From Leucoraja erinacea (taxonomy: Eukaryota), in the NCBI RefSeq assembly GCF_028641065.1, contig NC_073391.1:25544001-25608000 (forward strand): a stretch of DNA of 64,000 bases, in the 5' to 3' direction. Below, one piece after another: positions 1-12,660 of the stretch; position 1 is the stretch's first letter, and the number at the start of each line of letters is the position of its first letter. The position numbers were made by a program, and so were the translations under genes. Under the pieces are notes generated by a model, which was given only the letters and a program-made list of their open reading frames with translations, ran no database searches and was not told where the DNA came from.

Positions 1-29
1 GATTCTGGTGCTCTTATAGTTCTTAGAGA

Positions 30-240
30 CCTAGAGTGATACAGTGTGGAAACAGGCCCTTCAGCCCAACTTGCCCACACCGGCCAACATGTCCCAGCTA
101 CACTAAGTCCCACCTGCCTTCGTTTGGGCCATGTCCCTCCAAACCTCTCCTATCCATGTACCCGTCCAACTGCTTCTTGAACGTTGGGATAGTCCCAGCC
201 TCAACTACCATCTCTGACAGCTTGTTCCAAACACCCTTGT
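30..240 (-). mobile_element. CR1 3' end fragment
   Basis: WNKLSEMVVEAGTIPTFKKQLDGYM; same family at 4790-5105 (+), 34565 (-) and 56110-56390 (-). Confidence 0.85.
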
Positions 241-539
241 GGCAATATTCTCCCCTGGCCTGCTTATTATTGTTTGAACACATTGCATCTCTGGTGGTGA
301 TTTTTGCAGTTTGGGTCAGAGAAGCTCTTTCATTTCAGGACGGTGTCACCACCCGTTACTTTAAAATATATCGAGTTCAACCTGCTGTTGTATCCAGCAG
401 ACAAAAGACGAGCAAGAACAAGCACGCTTCCAGTGAAAAGAGATCACTTTTTTATTGTTATGCTCCCAGAGTGGGTTTACATTAAAATGGGCGCATCTGT
501 TGCAAGCAGACACTAGCCGCAGTTTAAGAGGGATACAGA

Positions 540-1450
540 GAACCATTAGCCACTTCGGAGCCTCCGGCTAATCCCAACAACCGCCGCCAGTTCGCTGCAC
601 TGATTGTTCATGCAAGCATCAGAGAAACCAATATCTGTTCTTTTTTTTCTCGAAATCTTGCGGCAGGTAAATAACTCTTTCTAAAAGTGGTTCATTGAGC
701 TTCTGCTCAGGGGAGGGACGAAGAATGGGTCCCTGGTGTTATACGAATAAAGTACACCTAACACATGGGCGTATTTATAATGTCTTTTAGTTCAGGTGGA
801 AAGCATTCTATTGAGCAAGAGATTATTTCATAATAGTGGTTTGAGAAAACAATACATTTGAAAGCAGCACACTCCTGTGCAAATCTAGAAGACAAGCGGC
901 GAGAGCGATCACCGAAGCAAACATTTGGTGAGCCAAGGTTTGTCGCCTCTGTTGTTGCCCTGTCACCTGCTCTTTGTCGGATCCTTTTCAGACGCGTGTC
1001 AGGTAAGAAAGGAGACAATGGGAGAGACACGAGCCTCACGCGTGCCACGTCTGACATCTGATTTCTTTGGGCATTTTCAATTTCCACGGCGATCAAGATT
1101 AGTTTACTTTTTTTTTTAAACAAAGTGTTTTTTGCAAAAGAGGGAAACCTGTGTCCAACGCGAGGACTCGAATAGAGGGAGCAGCTGGCTGCTGCTCGGG
1201 ACTCCTGGGCATCTGCTTCTGCTCGCTTTCCTACATGAAACACCTTTATTCCATCTGCTAAACTTCCTCCCCTTCAAGAGTTTCAAATGATCCCCCACCT
1301 GCAAGTGGCCGCGGATATCGATCCGCTTTTATTAGCTTCAGATTAGCCTAATTTCATTTGATTACAGACTGCACGCTTCTGTTTAAACTGACACGCGTTT
1401 GCCACCCGACCATTAAACAAGTGCATGTTTATAGAAATTTCAGGTGTCGC
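540..1450. promoter_or_regulatory. CpG-rich non-repetitive block, candidate conserved enhancer
   Basis: Many CpGs retained versus depleted flanks, clustered TAAT/ATTA/TGATTA homeodomain-type sites at 1328-1368, no TE similarity noticed, no credible ORF. Confidence 0.45.
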
Positions 1451-2949
1451 TGAAATATCCTCTTTGTTGAGACTGGGATTAAGTTGCACTATTTTTCTTT
1501 CAATGACACCACTTTGATGATGATGTTACAAATTGCATGCAGTTTTTTTTTGGTCTCCAAGGGGCCATATGTTCTAGCAGTAGGTAAATGGATAGATAAA
1601 GAAGAATGCAAGATATCCCCCTAAAGGTGAGTGGATTATCATTAATTTATTAAACATTTTCCTATTCATAGAATTTTGTTTATAAAACTAATTCGACTCG
1701 GCGCAACCAGTAGTAAGCCAGCTGGTAACGTGCGGAGCCACCGAGAACTGTTGCAGGTGAGAAAGGCCGTGGAAGTACAGGGAGTGTTAACCGACTTAAA
1801 ATGGGATTTGTGTGTGTGTGTATGTATGTATATATTTAAAAAAATAACACGTAAACTGGGTTAGGAAGCTGGCAATTTGATAATGAAGTAACACCCATAA
1901 TTACTTTTAAATAGCTACAACATACCAGTATGATCAGTGCATTATTTAAAGTCTGGTGGATTCGTGTGTGACAGAAAAACATACAAATTTCCATCCACTT
2001 GCACTGGGAGAGATAGGGTATTCCATCGTTGAAGATTATAAGGCACTTTTAAATACCAGCAATAGGAAAACTCCCGTTGTGGTCTCGACCCGAAACGTCA
2101 CCTCTCTATGTCTCTCCAGAGATGCTGCCAGACCCACTGATTACTCAAATACTCGGTATCCATTTGTGTAAACTAGTGACTGCCGTTCATTGTTTCTACG
2201 ACAGGAAAAGCTTTATCCGCGGTTTATGATATTGATATAGCTTACAAATAATGAGATCACATCCCGTAATTCCACAGAACACTTATCAGGAAATTAAGAC
2301 TGAAAAAAAACCCTTAAAATGTGGTTTATTTGCAAAATTTGCGTTAAATTCGCATAGCTGTATAGCTTTCCTTTCTGTAATGAACGCGACATTACTATGA
2401 ACTAGATAACTCCAAAAGACCCGCGCACAGAACAAACTACTTCGCATCAATTCGAGGTAATTTCCTAAAATTGCAAAACAAATTGCTCAGTATCATTGAG
2501 TGTTTGAGCCTTCTGATTTAAATTGAACGTTAATATCAAATAATGAATGTAAACTTAAATTAGATCCTAAAGTAGCAACGCGGTTTATTTCCTGCAGACA
2601 TACCACTGGGTTAATGAAGCGTGACGAAATTCAGAGTTCGTCAATTTCCAACTGAGGAAAGTGTAGGGCCATTGAAAAATTATTTTTTTCACAACACCAA
2701 TTGCAATAACTAATGGGTGATAGCAGATCCAGCACCCAACCTTGGCAGAATGGGACTATTAACAATCTCAGTACCCGAGGAGCAGATTGCTAGTGCGAGC
2801 AGAGCGTCTAGTTGCCTGAATAGTGGTTGGGGCAGGGGGATCTGTGGCATCTTGGAGCATAAGAGACCAAACAGTAGGTAATTAAATACTTTTTATTCAC
2901 TTAATTGCCAAGAAAACACACAATGTCTCTCCATCCTCTGGAGGACAAA

Positions 2950-3440
2950 GGAAATTCAGCAGGTCTTTAAATACATCAATTTCTACAGATACATAGAAAG
3001 CATTTTATATGGCTGCAGCATAGCTTGCTCTGGAGACCGTTATGTCCAAGACCTCTCAAAACTACAGAGATTTATGAATACAAGTCTATCACATAAATCC
3101 ACCACCAACAACCCCCACCCCCTAAAAAAACTTGACTGAGGCTGCATTATGAAACAACCAGCATCATCAAGGACCACTCATTTAAGAGAGAGTTAGATAG
3201 AGCTCCAGGGGCTAGTGGAGTCAAGGGATATGGGGAGAAGGTAGGCACGGGTTATTGATAGGGGACGATCAGCCATGATCACAATGAATGGCGGTACTGG
3301 CTCGAAGGGCCGAATGACCTTCTCCTGCACCTATTTTCTATGTTTCATATCCTGGTCATTCTCTGTCCCCCCTCCGTGCTGAAGATAGAAAAGATAGAAC
3401 ACGTACCAGCAGATTCAAAGCTGATTTTCCAAGTTGCATT
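2950..3440 (+). mobile_element. Old Rex1-type fragment with a CR1 tail (3180-3345) inserted
   Basis: ...agcatcatcaaggaccactca | CR1 tail ending ttctatgtttc | atcctggtcattct...; the host matches the IIKD..HPGH motif. Confidence 0.65.
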
Positions 3441-3880
3441 TTAAAGGTAGAATGTATCCAATCTGAGTAGTTGAAGTGTAGTTTAATATGCAAATTTGGC
3501 AAAGAAACCACATTTTAATATCTCATAAGCATTTCTTTTAAATGAGAGTAGCCTCATTTTTAATTGAAAATAATGATAAAATACACAGCCAGGGGCGAGA
3601 TTATGGTTGTACAATAGATAGTTTCAGTAATCACAGGTCAAAAATCTAATCTTTTTATAACTCCATTTGGTGTCTTTGTTCCATTCTGGGGGGTGTAGTT
3701 GAAAGAAGGAATGACAATATCAATTTATCCGGACTGGTTCTTGCACAGTAAAGGTTAGCACATAATATCATGGAAAGCTATACTGGTATTTGCAAATGTT
3801 TGCAGTAATTTGGTTAAAACGGGATGAGTTAGCATGCTTAAAGCAGAAGTTTAATGGAAAACAGTTAAAAGTGAAAAAAG

Positions 3881-4135
3881 GACTAAGTGCTGGAGTAACT
3901 CAGCAGGTCAGTGAGCATCCCTACAGAACACAGACACGTAGTGTTTTCAGTCAAGACCCTTCTTCAGACTGTCAGATATATAATCTCAGCAAGCTCAGAG
4001 TTTGAGAAAAGCAAAACTTAGTCTGAAGAAGGTTTCAACCTAAAATGTCACCTATCCATGTTCTCCGGGGATGCTGTCTGACCTGCTTATTTACTCCAGC
4101 ATTTTGTATATTAACCAGTATCTGCAGTTCTTTAT
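3881..4135. mobile_element. Palindromic Penelope-tail derivative (two inverted arms)
   Basis: Left arm gtgctggagtaactcagcaggtcag...gacccttcttcagact and right arm agtctgaagaagg...ctgacctgcttatttactccagcat are reverse complements around a ~45-bp spacer. Confidence 0.75.
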
Positions 4136-4789
4136 TTCACTAATTAAAGGTATATATTTTTTGCTACTGGCACCTTACTGTTTTTGGATGTTCAGAAAGC
4201 ACAACGCTTTTATATCAAATACTACATGTAAAATATAATCACCTTATACCCGAGCAAACCTGAGAGCTACAATAAAAATAGGAAACACTGGAAACACTCA
4301 GAACATTTCAAGTGAGAGATCCCTTGTCTGATCTGTGAAGATAAAAATAATTTTAGATTTCAGGGAAAGGCCTTTCCAACAACCAACAGGCTCTTGAAGA
4401 TTACACAGCACTAACCTCTTATGAACAATGGACTGCCTTTGGCTGCATTAAGGACTCTTTTTTTTTTTGCACTAGTATTGGGATAATTAATTTATTGATT
4501 TTTTTTGGTTTATATTATTTGTTTATCTTTACAGGTCTGTTATGCTGTTGCCAGAAAACATTTCATTGTTGGTAATATGACAATTAACTACTTGGGTAGA
4601 ACAAAGGAGAATATCTGTGAATATCTGCGATAGGGCGAGAGCTAGTCAAAGTGGGTAATTGGGTAGTTAGAAAGCAATTATGTTTCAGATTTATGGCAAT
4701 GTGCACTTTGTCGTTCATTTATTGACATCTAAATATTGGTCTGGCCAATTTACAAACTATTTTCTCAAGCAAAATTATTAAACCACAGA

Positions 4790-5105
4790 TAATAGATGCA
4801 CGGTCTCTTGCCCAGAGTAAATTAATCCAGGACATAAGGTGAAGGGGAAAAGATTTAATAGGAATCCGAGGGGTAACTTTTCACACAATGGGTGGTGGGT
4901 GTATGAAACAAGCTGCCAGAGGAGGTAGTTGAAGCAGGGACTATCCCAACATTTAAGAAACAATTAGACAGGCACGTGGATAGGACAGGTTTGGAGGGAT
5001 ATGGACCAAATGCGAGTCAGTGGGACTAGTGTAGCTGGGACATGTTGGCCAGTGTGGGCAAGTTGGGATGAAGGGCCTGTTTCCACACTCTCACTGACTC
5101 TTTCT
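4790..5105 (+). mobile_element. CR1 3' end fragment
   Basis: Reverse-complement match to 30-240 and 56110-56390. Confidence 0.85.
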
Positions 5106-6299
5106 ATAACATTGAAATAGGGCAATAGATTTAATAACGTACATCTAAAGTGCAAACTTGAAATATGTAGTGCTCATGGTGGTGAATCTTCAGCTCAATC
5201 ACAACCAACTCGTTATATGGCCTTTAATTTTAAATTGGATGGTCACTACCTTCACTCTAAATTAATCTTACTACTGTTGCAAAAGATGAATCGTAATCAA
5301 CTAATATAAAATGCTGGAAAATTACATGATGATGTATCCATAATATAGAAATATTGTATATTACTTACTGAACTCTCTAGCAAACCGAAATAGACTAAGT
5401 TTTGTCAGTACTGGCACAGAATGGCATGTAAATAAATGGACATTTTGTATATGCAAGGCTCCTTTTATTTCAGTGGGTCACATAATTGGACTTTGTGAAT
5501 GAAGATAAATTGTTTATCAAAATTGAGTACTTTCATATTTACATGATCAATTCTTGATTTCTTGTAGGCGACCATAATTGATGGACTTAAATTTTACCTA
5601 AAATTGAAAATATCTGCTCTATAAAGACTTTATGATCATTAAAAAAGATCTCCAAGGTGGTCACAATGGAATTGTGTGTTAAACCTTTCTTAGGTGTACC
5701 TAGGAGATATCTATTTAAAAAAATCAATTAGTTATTCCTTAAATCAGAAAGTTAACACTAACATAAAATAATCTAACACCATCAATTAAATGCACAGGCT
5801 TATCATGGAGCATGCTTGCAGATTTTTAAATTCTACATTTTTATTGCATTTATTGTGAAACTTTGCAAAGTTTGAGGACTATAAATTTAGTCTTCTTGTG
5901 CTTTATTCTAAACTTTAAATCCAAGTGCTTAATAATATTTCAAATCTATATTTAAAGCCATTTCATAAGCTGAAGACAAACTCTAAGATATCTAAAGTAA
6001 TTGCACACAACAGTGCAACAAAGATTTTAAAGGAAACAATCATACATATTTCTTGTATGAGTTAGCCTAAATGGTTAAAGTTGCAATTAATGCAAATGTA
6101 CAGATCATTTTGATGCACTTAAAAATCTGCAATCTCTTTCTAGGTTTGAAGTGCATCAACCAAAAAAAAACACAACGTTGTACATCTTATTGATATGCTA
6201 TATTTCTTAGAAGGCCTCAAGGGATTCTTAATGTGAAGAGCAAATAAATATAATCAACACTTTCCAGATTTTACTCTCCTGATAAAACAGGGAAAACAG

Positions 6300-9200
6300 T
6301 CCATGTTATATTTAATAAACTTTATTGAACATATGAAACATGCAGCATTTGGTTTCTAGCAATGATAATTTACAAGTAGGTACAGAAATATGATGTTATG
6401 AAAGATATGCTTTGTCACAACTTGCAATGTAAATGTAATTATACTCTGTTTCATTAAACCATTAATACATTCAGTACTTTTTTCAACCCACTAATATTTC
6501 TAAACATACAATCAATTTGAAAGCCATTCATAAACATATTATAATAATAAAGTACATGCTACACCAAGCCACGTGCAGCCATCTGTAGTTTATTTACAAC
6601 AACAAATATGAAATATTAATTGTAAAAAATACTGCTGATTGCAAACAACATGCCGATTGCCATCTCCTTTTTATTTGCCACAAATACATGAGATTCTCTA
6701 TGACTACCAACTTTTTTCACTTAAAATGGATTCATACAATTTATAACTTGAAGATATTTTCACTAAAAAAAAATCTCTTGCATGTCATGCCTAAGTGCAT
6801 GTAAAAGCATTAAAAAGAATACCTGGTATAATACATTCTGAGTTATGTGTATAAACTTAGTATTAATGTTCAAAATGTAATCGTCACTTCAGAAATTGTT
6901 TATCATATTATATTTGATATTACTGCGTAGCATTGTAATTTGAAGCTGCATAGATGCCCATATTTTACATGCAGTATATTATAGTTGTGTCAAATGGATT
7001 AGAATGAATCGTAAAACAAATTGGAAGCAACTTTGACATACTTGTATGATTTATTGTTTTTGTATCACCAAGCATTAAAAACCCAGATTCACGAATAAGC
7101 AAAATTTTACAAAAACCTGTGCATGACTTGCACAAATCTGTACCATGACCTGGAAATGAAAATGCGGGGAAAAAAATATCTGTATAATATACTAGGCCAT
7201 TGGGCAAAGTCAGTACTCGAATAGATAGATTTTTAAAATCAGACAAGAAGAGATAAATTACAAAAAAGTGTTAGAATCTTACAGGTAAGTTGGTTTTCTG
7301 GTTTTCATCTATAGTAGGCCGATACTTCAGCTGCACCAATTTACATACTTTTAAAGAAACTGTCTTACCAAAGAAAGAAATTGTAATGAATGTTCATTGG
7401 AGAGTAAGTGTTTAAAAAAAAAAAAAAAAAAAGAAACTAGAAAAAGAAAGGAAACTTCTGAAGTTCACAAAGAATGATCTAATCTCCAGACACTAAGGCA
7501 GTTGCATCATCTTCAATGCACAGTACCAAGCACAATACTGGAGTATATGGTTAGATGCTAACAATTTAGAATAATCAACAGAATGCCAGGAGGAAACCCA
7601 GTGATGCCCAAGTATTACTGCAGATTGAATACTAACTTAAAATGAAACTGAAAGATTTGGCAACATTTTGTAAACCTCTCACAGATTTTTTAAAAATCTG
7701 ATTTTTGTCCAACTATATAATTTATTGCTAATGAAGAGTTCTTGGATGAGTCGGTAATTTTAGTTATCAAGGCCTTAACTCTACAGTAGACAAAATGTAG
7801 GCTGTATTATTAAAAACTTGGTAACCTAAAATTTTTAATTTCACCCAAATCCTCATCTGTATTTCTGTGCCAGGCTATTAAAAAAAGTTAAAATCTCCCA
7901 CAACGGTTAATCAATGAGACAAATAAACTGCCTTGGAGTTAGAATACAATATTGTAGTGGTAAAGCTTATATTTATTCATTGCAAAGCATAAATATGCAA
8001 AACATTCTAGCACCAGTGCATAAACCTTTTCCAGTCGCACAATACAATTCTTTTGCTACTATTTCCCAAACTAATAAAAAAGAGGAATAGGCAGTTATAA
8101 GGGCAAGAATACTTTCCATCATAAAATGATTCGACTGGAATGCAAAATCACATTTGAAGTAGATAATAAACTGGTCGCGATAGAGCGAAAATGTGCAAAG
8201 TAAAATATAATGGCACAAGATTACAAAACAATATATTGAGTATATTAACTTCTCAATTGTAAAAACTGCATGGTGACATGTCTACTAGTCAGAATGTAAT
8301 ATACAAGTACATAATGTGGTCGACTCAGTAAGTGTTTTTTATATAAATGTAGATAATTCAGTGCTTGTGAATGTTACACTATCCATAAGATTTGGCATTA
8401 TTAAAGACTAAGCAAACAATTGCACCACTGAGGGGCCCTTTTCTGTGCAGTTTCAAATACCATTGTGTAAAATGAAGTAGGGATTGTACTACACTGGAAA
8501 CTCCTACTACAAATGGCATGCCGATTACTTCAACTCCCTAATAGGCAGGTATCCTAGAGTTCAATGCAAGCATTCTCCTCAAATGTGCATATTATTATCA
8601 TGCAGTGCTTTCTGTACCTTTTGCAACTTTTGTTAATTTTCATTGTATTTTGTATTTATAAACAGTTAATAAAAAAGTTTGTGCTAAATATTTGTACTGG
8701 TTTGCATCTAAATTACAGTTATCGAACAAGTACCTTTAAGAGTTAAAGAACAAAGTAAAATACATAGGTGATATTTTTGTGAAACATTAAAAAATTGCAG
8801 GTGCACCATTTAACGTTTTTTTTGTTGCAATATTTCATTTACAAAAGTGCAAAAGCAATATGGCACACAGCTTTTACAGATATATATATATATATAAAAA
8901 AATAATGGTAGATGTAATTATCCAAAGCAAGCAGCGTTACGCAACTGAGTCATTGGGGGTCCTTTCTCAAGTAGCTGAACAAATAATCTGGCTGTTAGAT
9001 TGCACCCATACCCCAAAACCTTTCGATGTTGTTCTAAATGAATGATTATGGAGAAACACTCAAATTGGTATTTTTCATATGTAACACGGACCATGCATCT
9101 GAAGATGTTCATTGGGCCACAAGACAGTAATTCCTAAGCAAAACTTCAAAATATATAGCTTTCAATAGTCTCTTGAATAACTCGAGATTTAAGAATATGT

Positions 9201-10595
9201 AGACAAATAAGTATTTTTTGGATTATGGCTTATGGTTCTACTTAAAATGCACCTGAAAACCATGTATAATTTGGTATGAACTGCACAACTTTTGTTCCAT
9301 ACTATCAACTATCAATCCTAAGGTTTGGCATTCTTTATTAAAGACAAAGTAATCAATTGCACCATTGAAGGACCTGCTTTCCGTGCAACATCTCAGGTAC
9401 CATTGTATAAAAATGAAGCAATATGTCAGAATAGAATTGACTGAACTATGAATGCAATTCAATGCAAGATGGCAGTAAAATGTTTGAGTATGGGGATGGA
9501 AGGACAACTGGCGGTTTATAGCTTTCTTTCTTCAGCGTTGTACTGTCATTTTTACATTGATATTTGCCCAAACTTTTCACCAATACACAGATGGCATTTT
9601 AATTGGAATCTTATCACAGAAGCCAATGTTTTAATTGTTGCATTTATATTAACATGTTTTGGAAAATTAATGTCATTGTATTTCTTCAATGCATTTTTCA
9701 GGACAAAATGAAGCTCAAAATGATAGTAGAAAATACTGGATTTGCAATGCAGTATTAAGCAAATCAGGTGGACGTGCAAGTGAAAATGAGCCCAGTTTTT
9801 CTCTGGAAGAACAGGAAGATTTCAAATGCAATCAATAATCAACTATTAAAAAGTGACTGGTATTGACACTGTCCAATCTACTAACATGAGCTCAAATACA
9901 TTAAAACGTAACTTCATTTTAAAGGCAATATAACTCACACCACTAAACGCACCTTCCTTTCACAACTAAATGCATCAGACCCTTCTCCTAAACACGCACA
10001 CACAACAGATAATCAGTATGAAGGGATAGCTTTTGGCATCAAATGATGTATTGACATTTTGCTTCAAAAGATTCAAGTGAATGGCTTTCATAATGCAATA
10101 GAATTTGTTGTGCAAATACTAACATTCCCCAAAATGAATGCAAGACCCTTCTCAGAGTTATGCAAACAGCACTGTAACTATTTAATTGCCTAACCATTTA
10201 CAATGAGACCAACTTCATTTTAGATTACTAGTTCATTCCATTGTCACTACATTCTACAGTTAAATAAAAAAATAAATCTGAGATCAGCATGAGAGATAGG
10301 CAAAACAAGGACTGCCATGATCGATCTGAGCAAATTCATATAACGTCCTATTAGTATCTCCTCACCGATACATGAAGTGAACTAATTTAAAAACAAAGAA
10401 AGTTCATGTTTAATTTAGCCTAATTCCTAAGTGATTCTATTCTGCTTGGCAGCAAACATTCAACACTCACGATAGAACATTTCACAGCATCGCTGCTCTA
10501 CAAATTCTTTACCAGTTTACAGATTATGGAAGTACCTTCAGAGTTGATTTGACAGACACCAAATATATTTTGTGAATCCCAAAATATTAATTGGT
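6300..10595 (-). other. RAB11FIP2: Long AU-rich 3' UTR of RAB11FIP2 (approximate 3' end)
   Basis: ~4.3 kb with no recognisable TE fragments directly after the stop codon, in a locus otherwise dense with TEs; minus-strand AATAAA at 6321-6326. The 3' end is inferred. Confidence 0.6.
6321..6326 (-). terminator. Candidate polyadenylation signal of RAB11FIP2
   Basis: tttatt on + (AATAAA on -) near the distal end of the TE-free block, with GT/T-rich minus-strand sequence downstream (ctgttttccctgtttt). Confidence 0.5.
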
Positions 10596-10820
10596 TCAAT
10601 TGTTTTTTGAAAGCTTTCCAGCTTTTCTAGATGGTTCATATGGTACTCGAAGAATGCTGGGAGTTTCCTCCATTACTCGTACAAGGAGGTTATCGATGTA
10701 GTCCTCAAGTTCTCGGATCTGGCTGTCCTTCCTTTTGACAAGTTCTTTGTGTTTCATCAATTCATAGATCAGTTCATCGTAGGATAAGTTACGATATGTT
10801 GTGGTGATGAGTCTGGGATC
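10596..10820 (-). CDS. RAB11FIP2: RAB11FIP2 last coding exon (Rab11-binding domain, FIP-RBD)
   Basis: Acceptor ttctggtttcag|GAT at 10820; DPRLITTTYRNLSYDELIYELMKHKELVKRKDSQIRELEDYIDNLLVRVMEETPSILRVPYEPSRKAGKLSKNN*. RBD motif ELEDYIDNLLVRVMEETPSIL and the FIP2-type tail PYEPSRKAGK; TGA at 10596-10598. Confidence 0.96.
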   Translation of the reverse strand, partial: DPRLITTTYRNLSYDELIYELMKHKELVKRKDSQIRELEDYIDNLLVRVMEETPSILRVPYEPSRKAGKLSKNN

Positions 10821-11194
10821 CTGAAACCAGAAACTAACATTAGGTTGCATACATTTTCACTTTCCTGATTAAGGCTTTTGGTTTAAACCTAAAAATAAAA
10901 TGTATACATAATTTAAAACATGTGGTGGAGTCACTCTTGAAACACGTGAAAAGGTAATTTACCCAAAAGTTGCTGCAACATATGAGAGGCCTGTTTTCTC
11001 AGCAGCCAAAAACCTCATTTCTTTCCTTTCCATTACTTTTCATTTATCTGTAATGATTCTGGCCAAAATTAAATCTTGCCAAACATCTTCAATATTCTCA
11101 TTAAAGGACAAGCCCAAGTGCACTTATGCGATCTGTCTATTTTTTCCACAAATACCAAGATATCAGCAGCAGAGTATAAATCTTAAAAGGCACA

Positions 11195-12660
11195 TGAAAC
11201 AGAAACATAGAAAATAGGTGCAGGAGTAGGTCATTCGGCCCTTCGAGCCTGCACCACCATTCAATATGATCATGGCTGATCATCCAACACAGTATCCTGT
11301 ACCTGCCTTCTCTCCATACCCCCTGATCCCTTTAGCCACAAGGGCCACATCTAATTCCCTCTTAAATATAGCCAATGAACTGGCCTCAAGTTCAAAGTTC
11401 AAAGTAAACTTTATTGTCAATTCAATTATGCAACAGTAGTTACACAGAGGATCGAAATTACGTTTCCCAATACTCCAAATGTGCAAGTAATATTAAAAAC
11501 ACAGACAGACAACATACCAATAAAAATAGACAATAGACATACATTATTTAAAATATTAAAATAGCACAGTATGCCAAAATGTAGCAAAAACTTTGAGGTA
11601 TTTTAAAAAGGGTGCAACAGTGAAAGATGCAATATAGAAAAAGTGCAAATTTCGTACTGGAGACATTGAGCCAGTTATTTTCACAGTTTGTTTGGCTTTG
11701 TTTGGGTACTGTTCATGGAATTTTCTTAAGTGTGTTGAGTAGTCTGATGGCCTGAGAAAAAAAGCTGTTTTTGAATCTGGTGGTTTTGCTCTGCATGCTG
11801 CGGTAGCGCTTACCGGAAGGTAGTAGGGTGAACAGTTTGTGTGCTGGGTGGGTGGTGTCTTTGATGATATTGCTTGCTCTCTTGCGACAGCGAGAAGGGT
11901 ATAGGTCCTGGATTGCTGGTTGGGGTGATCTGGTGATCTTCTCCTCTGTCCTCACCACTCTCTGTAGGGCCACCACAACTACCTTCTGTGGCAGAGAATT
12001 CCAGAGATTCACCACTCTCTGTGTGAAAAATGTTTTTTTCATCTCGGTCCTAAAAGATTTCCCCCTTATCCTTAAACTGTGACCCCTTGTTCTGGACTTC
12101 CGGAACACCGGGAACAATCTTACTGCATCTAGCCTGTCCAACTCCTTAAGAATTTTGTAAGTTTCTATAAGATCCCCCCTCAATCTTCTAAATTCTAGCA
12201 AGTACAAGCCGAGTCTATCCAGTCTTTCTTCATGTGAAAGTCCTGACATCCCAGGAATCAGTCTGGTGAACCTTCTCTGTACTCCCTCTATGGTAAGAAT
12301 GTCTTTCCTCAGATTAGGAGACCAAAACTGTACGCAATACTACAGGTGTGGTCTCACCAAGACCCTGTACAACTGCAGTAGAACCTCCCTGTTCCTATAC
12401 TCAAATCCTTTTGCTATGAATGCTAACATACCATTCGTTTTTTTCACTGCCTGCTGCACCTGCATGCCTACTTTCAATGACTGGTGTACCATGACACCCA
12501 GGTCTCGTTGCATCTCCCCTTTTCCTAATCGGCCACCATTCAGATAATTGTCTACTTCCCTGTTTTTGCCACCAAAGTGGATAACCTCACATTTATCCAC
12601 ATTATACTGCATCTGCCATGTATTTTCCCACTCACCCAGCCCTATCCAAGTCACCTTGAA
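11195..12660 (-). mobile_element. CR1 LINE 3' fragment interrupted by a Rex1/Babar fragment
   Basis: ORFs WQMQYNVDKCEVIHFG...YRVLVRPHL and YLLEFRRLRGDLIETYK...TRGHSLRI...FFTQRVVNLWNSLP; (ttctatgt)-type tail at ~11200. Confidence 0.92.
11390..11975 (-). mobile_element. Rex1/Babar-type LINE 3' fragment nested in CR1
   Basis: ALQRVVRT...RASNIIKDTTHPAHKLFTLLPSGKRYRS...RFKNSFFSQAIRLLN*, 3' UTR ending gacaataaag(tttgaac)n; host CR1 sequence ggcctcaa/caactaccttc is split around it. Confidence 0.85.

Noticed and set aside
758-1243. 161-aa minus-strand ORF in the CpG block
   Set aside because: No recognisable domain, non-ATG start, no supporting exon structure; expected in GC-richer DNA.
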